Made by a program: the position numbers and the translations under genes. Positions 37,801 to 47,400 of a stretch of DNA of 64,000 bases are shown piece after piece. The stretch is from positions 62,001 to 126,000 of the IMG/VR virus record IMGVR_UViG_3300034104_005687. One strand, 5' to 3'. Positions within the stretch are counted from its first letter, which is position 1. Each line of letters begins with the position of its first letter. The notes beneath the pieces were generated by a model, which had not been told where the DNA came from, made no database searches, and saw only the letters and a program-made list of their open reading frames with translations.

Positions 37801-40800
37801 AACGTTCCCTTGAGCGTGGCTGGCAACGTTACAGGTGGTAATGTATTAACTGGTGGATTGATCTCAGCCACAGGTAATATCACAGGCGGCAATCTAAGTG
37901 TCACAGGATTGATTGGTGCAACTGGCAATGTAGCTGGCGGTAATTTGATCACTGGTGGATTGATCACCGCAACAGGTGCTATTACTTCTACAGCAAACGT
38001 TGTTGCTAACAATGTCAACGTAACTCAGTCTGTGACTGGCACTGTGTTGTCAGCCACAGGCAACATCACTGGCGGCAATGTCAACACAGCTGGTTTGATA
38101 TCAGCCACTGGTGCAGTAAATTCAGGCAGCGTAAGCGCCACTGGCAACGTAGTTGGTGGGAACGTCAACACTGCTGGCTTGATATCTGCAGGTGGCAACG
38201 TCACAGGTGGCAACGTGTCTACAGGTGGATTGATTACTGCTACTGGCAACGTCACTGGTGGCAACGTCAACACTGCAGGGTTGGTATCAGCTACTGGCAA
38301 TGTTGCTGGTGGAAATATCACCACACAAGGTATTGTCAGTGCTTCTGGCAACATTGTGACTTCAGGATTCTTTGTAGGTAATTTTGCCGGCAATATCACA
38401 GCAAACATTGTGGTGCCCGGAGCCAACACACAGGTTTTGTTCAACACCAATGGCAACGCTGATGCAGTAGCTGGGTTGACTTACAACAAAGATTCAAATG
38501 TGCTGGCAGTGCTGGGTGTGCTGTCTGCACAAGGCAACGTTGTGGCCAACAATGCAGTGATCAGCGGCCTGACCACTGTTACTGGCAACGTCATAGGTGG
38601 CAACGTGGTCACTGCAGGACAAGTTAGTGCTACAGGCAACGTAACTGGCAATTACTTTATTGGTAATGGTAGTTTGCTAACAGGAATTGCTGGATCTTAT
38701 GGCAACACAGAAGTTGCTGCATACTTGCCAACTTATACTGGCAGCCTTCCTAACTTAACAGGAGTAGTGACCACTACTGCCAACGTCACTGGGGGCAACA
38801 TCATTGCCACAGTGGATGTGATTGCACAAACAGGCAGATTTGTTGGCAATGGTTCAGGATTGACCAATATTGTTGCTGCCAATGTCACAGGTACAGTGGC
38901 CAATGCTACTTCGGCTGTTACTGCTGGTACTGTGACCACAGCCGCACAACCCAATATCACAAGTGTTGGCACATTGACATCATTGAGTTCAAGTGGCAAC
39001 ATCACAGGTGCTAATATCAATGGCAATGGTTCTGGATTGACATCAATAACTGGGGCCAATGTCACAGGTACAGTGGCCAATGCTACTTTTGCTACTTCAG
39101 CTGGATCTGCTACTAGTGCAACCACAGCTGGTACAGTTACCACAGCCGCACAACCCAACATTACATCAGTTGGTACATTGACATCATTGAGTGCTACAGG
39201 CAACATCACTGGTGGTAACCTAAATGCCACAGGATTGAGTTTGAGCGGCAACGTTGTGAGTGCCATCAACACTGTTGCCAACATTACAACCACTGCCAAC
39301 ATTGCAGGTGGGTTCTTCATTGGTAATGGTAGTTTGTTAACTGGTCTAGCAGCAACATATGGCAACGCCAACGTTGTTGCTAATTTGGCTGCACTTGGTT
39401 CTAATCCAATATTGTCAACTGCCAACATCAGTGGCGCTAATATCAACGCCAGCGGAATTGTTAGTGCTACAGGCAACATCAACGGCGGAAACATCAATGT
39501 CACTGGTAATATTGTAGACACTGGTGCTCTAACAATTAGTACAGGTAGCGACGGCAATATTGCATTGGCACCAAACGGCACAGGTATAGTTACAGCTTCG
39601 GGTGCATTTAGTGCTGTTGGCAACATCACTGGTGGCAATTTGAATGCCACAGGATTGAGTTTGAGTGGCAACGTGATCAGTGCAATCAATACCACTGCCA
39701 ACATTACAACCACCGCCAACGTCACTGCTGGCAATATTTCAACCAGCGGATCACTGGGCAACATCACTGGTGCTAATGTTATTTCTTCAGTTACTTTAAG
39801 TGCCACTGGCAATGTGGTTGGTGGCAATGTCACTACAACTGGATTGATAACTGCTTCAGGTAATATTACATCAGCAGGCAATATCGCTGCCAACTTCTTT
39901 ATTGGTAATGGTAGTTTACTAACTGGTATATCAGCTGGCGGAACGCCAACTAGTATCGTCAACGGAACATCCAACGTTGCGGTTGCATTGAACGGCAACA
40001 CCACAATTGGTGTAGCAGGAACCACAGTTGGCACATTCCACTCAGGAGGCGCAATTGTTGTTGGCACTTTGGCAGCAGGAAATCTAACTGGTACATTAAC
40101 CACAGCCGCACAGCCCAATATCACAAGTGTTGGCACATTGACATCATTGAGCTCAAGTGGCAACATCACTGGTGCCAATATCAATGGCAATGGATCTGGA
40201 CTCAGCAGCATAACTGGCGCCAACGTCACAGGCACCGTGGCCAATGCCACTTCGGCTGTATCTGCAACTACAGCAGGTACTGTGACTACAGCGGCGCAGC
40301 CCAATATCACAAGTGTTGGCACATTGACAAGTTTGAGTTCAAGTGGCAACATCACTGGTGCAAACATCAATGGCAATGGTTCTGGATTAACATCAATCAC
40401 TGGCGCCAATGTCACAGGCACAGTGGCCGCAGCTACCACAGCAGGCACAGTGACCACAAATGCACAGCCCAACATTACATCAGTTGGCACATTGAGCATA
40501 CTCAATGTAACTGGCAACATTGTAAGTGGAGGTGGTACTGGTGGAAATATCTCTGGTGCCAACGTCATAACTGCCAACCTGTTTACTGGTACACTGACTA
40601 CTGCTGCACAGCCCAACATAACATCTGTTGGCACATTGAGCTCACTCAGTGTCAGTGGCAACGTAACAGGCGGCAATTTGAGTTTGAGTGGAAATGTGAT
40701 TGGACCTCTAAATTCAACAGCCAATGTCAACACCACTGGCAACATCACAGCAGCATATTATTTTGGTGATGGCAGTCAACTAACTGGTGTAACAGCATCT

Positions 40801-43800
40801 GGTGTAAATGCTGCTGCCTTAACTGGCAACACACTGAGTTCCAATGTGTTGTTCAGCAGTTTGACTAGCGTTGGTACTTTGACTGCACTCAGTGTCAGTG
40901 GCAACGTTGTTGGTGGCAACATCAACACTGCTGGACAAGTTACTGCAACTACATTAGAAACAACTGGCAACGCTGTGATCGGCGGAGACCTAGTGGTCAA
41001 CGGCAACACTATTTCAGTCAACATTGAAAGTCTCAATGTTCAGGATCCAATTATTGGGCTAGGAAGAGGTGCAAACAACGCTCCTCTCACAGTCAACGAC
41101 GGCAAAGATCGTGGCGAACAACTTTGGTACTACAGTACCGCAGAAAATTCTGCTTTTATTGGATATCAAAATGCTTCAGGTAATTTGATTGCAGCCAGCA
41201 ATGTCAGCATTGCCAACGAGATTGTAACAGTCAACAGCTACGGAACATTTGTGGTTGGTAATGTTGTTGCACAAACATTGAGCGCAAGTGGCAATATCAC
41301 TGGCGCCAACATCAATGGCAACGGATCTGGACTCAGCAGCATCACTGGAGCCAATGTCACGGGTACAGTGGGATCAGCAACAACAGCCACAACTGCTGGC
41401 ACAGTGACCACCGCAGCACAACCCAACATTACCTCAGTTGGCACATTAACATCATTGAGTGCGTCAGGCAACATTGATGGGGCTAATATCAACGGCAACG
41501 GATCTGGATTAACATCAATAACTGGCGCCAATGTCACAGGTACTGTGGCCAATGCTACTTTTGCTACTTCAGCTGGATCTGCTACTAGTGCAACCACAGC
41601 AGGTACTGTGACCACAAATGCACAGCCTAACATTACTAGTGTGGGCACATTGACATCATTGAGTTCAAGTGGAAATGTCACTGGCGGTAATATTATCACT
41701 GGCGGGGTAATCTCAGCAACTGGAAATATTACTGGTGCAAACATCAATGGCAACGGATCAGGTCTTAGCTCATTAACTGGTGCAAACGTCACAGGTACTG
41801 TGGCCAATGCTACTTTTGCTACTTCAGCTGGATCTGCTACTAGTGCAACCACAGCAGGTACTGTGACCACAGCAGCACAGCCCAATATCACAAGTGTTGG
41901 TACACTAACATCATTGAGTGCTTCAGGCAATATTGATGGTGCAAATATCAATGGCAATGGATCAGGCCTGACATCAATAACTGGTGCTAATGTCACAGGC
42001 ACTGTAGCCAACGCCACTTTTGCTACATCAGCAGGTAGTGCTACTAGTGCAACCACAGCTGGTACAGTTACCACAGCCGCACAACCCAACATTACATCAG
42101 TTGGTACATTGACATCATTGAGTGCGTCAGGCAACATCACTGGTGCAAACATCAACGGCAATGGATCAGGACTCAGCAGCATCACCGGTGCCAATGTCAC
42201 AGGTACTGTGGCCAATGCTACATTTGCTACTTCAGCAAACAATGCTACTACAGCAGGTACTATAACTGCTAACGCACAACCCAACATTACATCAGTTGGT
42301 ACGTTGATATCATTGAGCTCAAGTGGCAACATCACTGGTGCAAATATCACCACAGCTGGCATCATGACTGCAACTGGCAACATAGTGACCAACGACACAG
42401 TGATTACCAGCAACTTGCAATTGTCAGGATCTATAGTTGGCTCTTTAAACGTAACTGCCAACATTTCTGGTGCAAACGTCAACACCACCAACATAAGTTT
42501 GAGTGGCAACGTTATTACTCCGTTGAGAGTAAGTGGCAACATCACTGGCACCAACATTGAAAGTACCGCTGCAACCACAGTTGGCACTAACCTAACTGTC
42601 AGTGCTGGTAACATTGTGGTAAACACTGGTTTTGCCAGCGTAAATGGCAACGTCACTGGTGGCAACATCAACACTGCAGGACTAGTCAGTGCCACAGGCA
42701 ACATACGTGGTGGCAATATTGTGTCCGCAGGTTCTGTCAGCAGCGCAGGCACAGTTACTGCTGTTGGCAACGTTACTGGCGGAAACATTACTACTGCAGG
42801 CTTGGCCACTGTGACTGGCAATATACAAGGTGGCAATATTGTGTCCGCAGGTTCTGTCAGCAGCACAGGTGCTGTCACAGCTGGCGGCAACGTCACGGGC
42901 AGCAACATTACAACTGCTGGGCTAATCACTGCCACTGGCAACGTCACTGGCAGCAACATAAACACAGCAGGATTGATCAGTGCTGTAGGCAACGTAGTAG
43001 CAGGCAATTTTAGTACTGCAGGATTGATCACTGCGGCTGGTAATATCACAGGCGGCAATGTTATTGCTACCACATTCATTGGAAACTTACAGGGTAACAT
43101 TAGTCTGCCTGGCAGCAACACTCAAGTGTTGTTCAACAACAATGGCATTATAGGCAGTGACTCTGGTTTGGTATACGACAGTATAACCAATGCACTCAGC
43201 GTTGGCGGAACATTTGCCACCAACAATGGCGGCGACGTCAACGTATCAGGTCGTGTCAGCGTTGCAGGCAACATCATTACCAACACAGGCACAGTGAGTG
43301 GTGCTGCCGTTGAATCTGGCAGCACTGTGAGTGCAATTGGCAATGTGGTTGGTGGCAACATCAATACGGGTGGTAGAGTCAGTGCAACAGGCACAATAAC
43401 TGCTGTTGGCAACATCACAGGCGGCAACATTGCCACAGGTGGACTTGTAACTGCCACAGGCAATATCAACACTGGCGCAGGTATCAGTGCTGTTGGCAAC
43501 ATCACAGGCGGCAACGTCATTACCACAGGTGCTGTAATTGGACAACTTGATGTTGGCAATATTGCAGTCACAGGCAACATCAACGTACAAAGTGCTACTG
43601 CAAACACATTTGTCAGCGCAATTGGCAACGTCATAGGTGGCAATGTAAACTCTTTGGGCGTGCTCAGTGCAGTGGGCAACATCAATGGTGCCAATCTCAG
43701 CATAACAGGCCTTGGCAATATTGTGACACTGGAAATTGTGACACTGGCCAATGTCAAGAGTACTGAAATTTCAAACAGCACAACCAGCGGAGCATTCAAA

Positions 43801-44130
43801 GTAGCAGGCGGCGCAGGCATCGGCGGCAATGTGTATGCTGGTGCGTTCTACACCAGCGGAATTTTGAGTGCTGGAGGCAACGTCACTGGTGCCAACATAG
43901 CCACAGGTGGTGTAATCACTGCCACAGGCAACATCACAGGTGGCAACTTAAACGCCACAGGATTGAGTTTAAGCGGCAATGTTGTCAGCACACTCAATAC
44001 AACATCGGCAATCAACACAACTGGCAACATAACAGCAGGCAATGCGTCAGTTTCAGGAACCATAAATATTGCTGGACAGCAGGCGGCCACAGTAAGTGAC
44101 GCAGTAGCACTGGCAATTGCATTAGGATAA
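34897..44130 (+). CDS. Giant repetitive tail fibre/adhesin-like virion protein (3077 aa)
   Basis: LNFP.NP..NQ.Y....KTW.WNG..W N-terminus; very many GN(I/V)(T/S)G units; QPNITSVGTL and YGNANVAAYLPTY modules; ends AVALAIALG. Confidence 0.8.
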   Translation: MPLNFPLNPVLNQSYTFAGKTWIWNGSGWALKTLGAINNIPVGNVTPSTGGFTALTATSVSATGNVTGGNVVTAGQVSAGGNVTGGNVVTAGQVSAGGNVTGGNVVTAGRVSATGNVSGNFILGNGSLLTGITTTYGNANVAAYLPTYTGNLNPGNLVSSGVVSGANLITTGQVSAAGNVTGQFFIGNGSLLTGIATSYGNANVAAYLPTYTGNLNPGNLTSNGNVSGANLITAGQVSATGNVTGNFILGNGSLLTGITTTYGNANVAAYLPTYTGNLNPGNLTSNGNVSGANLITAGQISAAGNVTGNYILGNGALLTGLPATYGNANVAAYLPTYSGNIGANNITATGLISTTGNVQGAFILGDGGFLTNVTVSSNVAVSQIANGTTVLSVAGANGNLVATVNGVSNVAVFTPTGVEFAGNLTPVANVTYNLGSPTRAWNDLYLSGNTIYLNDSTISANTTAFTLTTPLGGTAIIEGGGTIKAYGNSNVAEYLPTYTGNLASLQGNVTTTANISGQYILGNGAFLTGITAGTSYANANVADYLASGTVTSNIITSGNISGGNIIGNGSGLTSITGANVTGTVANATFATSAGSATSATTAGTVTTNAQPNITSVGTLTALSVGTGNITGGNLLLSGAIIDSAQLDLQTSAANANIVLTPNGTGNVNLGRMSASGNITASTYFGSGAGLTSIPGANITGTVANATFATSAGSATTAGTVTTNAQPNITSVGTLTALSVSGNIVSGAGVGGNISGANVVTANLFTGTLSTAAQPNITSVGTLTSLSVTGNINGGNVNSTFFGNGAGLTSITGANVTGTVANATFATSAGTVAANAQPNITSVGILIDLSASGNVTAGNLTVGSGTITGGNINGANFNGNVAFGAGTIGGSGNISGGNLNATGLISATGNITGNNIFGNIQGTTGDILNVTSTNLTVTNISAPNPGNAVNIGAGGNNNLVVSNVLVQVQNVPLSVAGNVTGGNVLTGGLISATGNITGGNLSVTGLIGATGNVAGGNLITGGLITATGAITSTANVVANNVNVTQSVTGTVLSATGNITGGNVNTAGLISATGAVNSGSVSATGNVVGGNVNTAGLISAGGNVTGGNVSTGGLITATGNVTGGNVNTAGLVSATGNVAGGNITTQGIVSASGNIVTSGFFVGNFAGNITANIVVPGANTQVLFNTNGNADAVAGLTYNKDSNVLAVLGVLSAQGNVVANNAVISGLTTVTGNVIGGNVVTAGQVSATGNVTGNYFIGNGSLLTGIAGSYGNTEVAAYLPTYTGSLPNLTGVVTTTANVTGGNIIATVDVIAQTGRFVGNGSGLTNIVAANVTGTVANATSAVTAGTVTTAAQPNITSVGTLTSLSSSGNITGANINGNGSGLTSITGANVTGTVANATFATSAGSATSATTAGTVTTAAQPNITSVGTLTSLSATGNITGGNLNATGLSLSGNVVSAINTVANITTTANIAGGFFIGNGSLLTGLAATYGNANVVANLAALGSNPILSTANISGANINASGIVSATGNINGGNINVTGNIVDTGALTISTGSDGNIALAPNGTGIVTASGAFSAVGNITGGNLNATGLSLSGNVISAINTTANITTTANVTAGNISTSGSLGNITGANVISSVTLSATGNVVGGNVTTTGLITASGNITSAGNIAANFFIGNGSLLTGISAGGTPTSIVNGTSNVAVALNGNTTIGVAGTTVGTFHSGGAIVVGTLAAGNLTGTLTTAAQPNITSVGTLTSLSSSGNITGANINGNGSGLSSITGANVTGTVANATSAVSATTAGTVTTAAQPNITSVGTLTSLSSSGNITGANINGNGSGLTSITGANVTGTVAAATTAGTVTTNAQPNITSVGTLSILNVTGNIVSGGGTGGNISGANVITANLFTGTLTTAAQPNITSVGTLSSLSVSGNVTGGNLSLSGNVIGPLNSTANVNTTGNITAAYYFGDGSQLTGVTASGVNAAALTGNTLSSNVLFSSLTSVGTLTALSVSGNVVGGNINTAGQVTATTLETTGNAVIGGDLVVNGNTISVNIESLNVQDPIIGLGRGANNAPLTVNDGKDRGEQLWYYSTAENSAFIGYQNASGNLIAASNVSIANEIVTVNSYGTFVVGNVVAQTLSASGNITGANINGNGSGLSSITGANVTGTVGSATTATTAGTVTTAAQPNITSVGTLTSLSASGNIDGANINGNGSGLTSITGANVTGTVANATFATSAGSATSATTAGTVTTNAQPNITSVGTLTSLSSSGNVTGGNIITGGVISATGNITGANINGNGSGLSSLTGANVTGTVANATFATSAGSATSATTAGTVTTAAQPNITSVGTLTSLSASGNIDGANINGNGSGLTSITGANVTGTVANATFATSAGSATSATTAGTVTTAAQPNITSVGTLTSLSASGNITGANINGNGSGLSSITGANVTGTVANATFATSANNATTAGTITANAQPNITSVGTLISLSSSGNITGANITTAGIMTATGNIVTNDTVITSNLQLSGSIVGSLNVTANISGANVNTTNISLSGNVITPLRVSGNITGTNIESTAATTVGTNLTVSAGNIVVNTGFASVNGNVTGGNINTAGLVSATGNIRGGNIVSAGSVSSAGTVTAVGNVTGGNITTAGLATVTGNIQGGNIVSAGSVSSTGAVTAGGNVTGSNITTAGLITATGNVTGSNINTAGLISAVGNVVAGNFSTAGLITAAGNITGGNVIATTFIGNLQGNISLPGSNTQVLFNNNGIIGSDSGLVYDSITNALSVGGTFATNNGGDVNVSGRVSVAGNIITNTGTVSGAAVESGSTVSAIGNVVGGNINTGGRVSATGTITAVGNITGGNIATGGLVTATGNINTGAGISAVGNITGGNVITTGAVIGQLDVGNIAVTGNINVQSATANTFVSAIGNVIGGNVNSLGVLSAVGNINGANLSITGLGNIVTLEIVTLANVKSTEISNSTTSGAFKVAGGAGIGGNVYAGAFYTSGILSAGGNVTGANIATGGVITATGNITGGNLNATGLSLSGNVVSTLNTTSAINTTGNITAGNASVSGTINIAGQQAATVSDAVALAIALG

Positions 44131-44133
44131 AAC

Positions 44134-44466
44134 ATGGCAAACACATTCAAACGTAAACTAAGTAGAGGAATAGGTAATTCTGCTATTCAGGTAGGAACTT
44201 ACACAGTAGGCGCAAATGTTACCACAGTGGTAATTGGACTTACTGTGACCAACACTTCGGGCAGTGCAATTTCGGCCAATGTTTTTCTCTACAACGGTGC
44301 GGCCAACACAAGCATTGTTTCCACAGCGCCAATCAGTTCAGGTTCCAGTTTGGTTGTGGTTGGCGGCGATCAAAAGGTTGTGTTAGAAACAGGAGACAGC
44401 ATCTACGTTCAAAGCAGTGCAGCATCCAGTGTTGATGTTGTGATGAGCATTATGGAAATCACATAA
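44134..44466 (+). CDS. Small virion structural protein
   Basis: 110 aa beta-rich, MANTFK...KVVLETGD.I...DVVMSIMEIT. Confidence 0.65.
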   Translation: MANTFKRKLSRGIGNSAIQVGTYTVGANVTTVVIGLTVTNTSGSAISANVFLYNGAANTSIVSTAPISSGSSLVVVGGDQKVVLETGDSIYVQSSAASSVDVVMSIMEIT

Positions 44467-47400
44467 TGAGCGGCTATCTTGGTCTTGATCCCAACACACA
44501 GTTACTGAATACCAGTACTCAGTTCTTCAGCGGAAACAGTGCGGCCACTCAGTTTACACTGTCTCGAGCAGTAGCATCAGCATCTGATCTGGATGTACTG
44601 ATAGGCAACGTCCCTCAAAGACCAACGGTTGATTTCTCTGCTCAAAACACCACACTGTTGTTTACTAGTGCTCCAGCAACTGGTACCAACAACATCACAG
44701 TTACGTTTAGAGCTGGTGCTCTTAACTCATTGACACTACAGGCCACTGCATTTCCATCAGGAACAGTTGGTGCACCTGGACTATATTCTGTAGCTGCAAA
44801 CAATACTGGTTTGTATTGGCCTACTGCCACTGACATGGCTGTTACTGTGGCTGGCACTGAGCGAGTTAACTTCAGCAGCAATTCTATATCTACTAGCAAT
44901 GTCACGGGTGCACTCACTGTATCCGGCGGTGTAGGCGTGACTGGCAACATCTATACCAGTGGTATTGTCAATGTCACAAACACTACACAAAGTACCAGTG
45001 TTGCTTCGGGAGCATTACAAGTTGCTGGCGGTGCAGGCATAGTTGGCAACGTTAACGTTGGCGGCGACATTACCTGTGTGGGCGATTTTACTGTAAACGG
45101 TGTATTCCGAACCACCGGAACTGACAGCCTGGAAGTCAACGATCCATTTATTTTCTTGGCCAACGCCAACCCTGGTGACAGCTTTGATTCGGGTATTATT
45201 ACTGAATACGACGATGGAGTCACACGATATGCTGGTATTTTTCGAGATATCACAGACGATCAATGGAAATTGTTTGGTAACTTAACAGTCAAGCCCGGCA
45301 CCACAGTGGACACAGGTGATGCCAGTTTCAACTACAACAGTTTGATTGTGGCTGGGCTATCGGCCACAGGCAACGTAACAGGTACATATCTTTTGGGCAA
45401 TGGTAGTTTGCTGACAGGTATATCTACCGACACCACCAACATCAGCAATGGCAACAGCGCAGTTGTTATACCATCCATAAACGGCAACATACTGTCCAAC
45501 GTCAACGGCATAACCATTGTCAATGTGTCATCAACTGGCGCCACAGTAACTGGTGCAGTAAATTCCACAACACTCAGTGCATCAGGCAACGTCACTGGTG
45601 GCAACTTGATCACTGGTGGTGCAGTAGTAGCAACCGGTGCAATATCTGGCTCTGTTGTTAGCACAACAGGCAACGTCACTGGTGGCAACATCAATACCAG
45701 CGGACTTGTAAGCGCAACTGGTGCTGTGAATTCTGGCAGTGTTACGGCCACAGGCAACGTAGTAGGTGGCAACATCAATACAGGTGGTTTAATCAGTGCT
45801 ACAGGTGCCATAACTGGTGCTGCTATCACTGGTACAAGTCTAAACTTGAGCACCGGCAACATCACAGCAGGCAACCTAAATGCCGCTGGTATTAGCCTAA
45901 CTGGCAACATTGTGTCTGCGGTCAACGCAACCAGCACTATTGTTGCTGGATCTACTATAAGTGCCGTGGGCAACATCACAGGTGGCAACATCAACACAGC
46001 AGGCTTGGTTTCGGCAACTGGTGCTGTAAATGCAGGCAGTGTTGCAGCAGGCACCACAATCAGTGCAGCAGGCAACATCACTGGCGGCAACTTAATTACA
46101 GGTGGGTTGATCACTGCTACAGGCAACTTGGTCACAGGAGCCAACGTAATTGCCACAGGATTTGGTACTTTTACTGGCAACATTACAGGTGGCAACTTGA
46201 TCACCGGCGGTCTGATCTCAGCAACGGGTGCTATTACAGGCGCTGATATCTCAGGCACAACTATCAGTGGTTCAGGCAACGTCACCGGAGGCAACGTCAA
46301 CACAGCTGGTATTGTCAGCGCCACAGGCAACATTGTGGGCGGCAACATCAGCACACCCGGCTTGATCACTGCCACAGGATCAATTCAAGCCACTGGTAAT
46401 ACCAACGGTGGCAACTTAAATGCGGTGAGTGCTGTAGCAGCAGGCACAACAGTAAGTGCAGGCGGCAATATCACAGGCGGTAACATATTAACCACTGGAT
46501 TGGTCAGTGCAGGTGGCACAGTGAGTGCAACTGGTACTATCACAGGTGGCAACATAGCCACTGCAGGCACAATAAGCAGCACAGGCAACATAGTCAGTGC
46601 AGGTAATGTGAGTGGTGGCAACGTGTTGGCCACACAAGCAGTGATTGGAGCCATAGTCAGCAGTACAGGCAATGTTACTGCCACAGGCAACGTCAGTGCA
46701 GGTAATGTGATTGCCACAGGTTTGAGCCTGATTGGCAACGTGCTGGGAGCATTGGCTACTACAGGCAACATCACCAGCGGCAATTTGATCACAACAGGGT
46801 TGATTACAGCAACTAGCAACATCACTGGTGGTAATATAAACACTGCTGGATCAATGTCAGCCACTGGCACGGTCAATGGTAATGTTTTAAGATCAACTAA
46901 CTCAGCAGGCGACGAAGGAGGAGAGATTCAACTAGCCCTTGCAGCCGCAAACACTACATTGAGTGGTGGTGTAAACATAGACGTTTATCAGAATAGAATA
47001 CGATTCTTTGAAACTGGTGGCACAGCACGCGGCGTGTTTATTGATTTGGCAACTGCTGCTGCAGGTGCGGCAACTCCGTTGAATCCAGCTACCCCAACAC
47101 AGATTGTCAATGGCTCTACTAATTTTAGTTCTATCCTAAATGCAAACCTTACAGCTACGGTAGCAGGAACTTCAAACGTAGTAGTAATTGCATCCACTGG
47201 ACAATTTGTTACAGGATTGATCAGTGCCACAGGCAACATCACTGGTGCCAATATCAACGGCAACGGATCAGGATTGAGTGCAATTACTGGGGCCAACGTC
47301 ACAGGTACTGTGGCCAACGCTACTTTTGCTACTTCTGCTGGATCGGCTACTACCGCAACAAGTGCAACCACAGCTGGTACTGTGACCACAGCAGCACAGC

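Noticed and set aside
35000-43000. Regularly recurring DNA repeats that could suggest a CRISPR-like array or DGR
   Set aside because: Repeats are in-frame protein modules varying at synonymous sites; no unique spacers, cas genes or reverse transcriptase in the window
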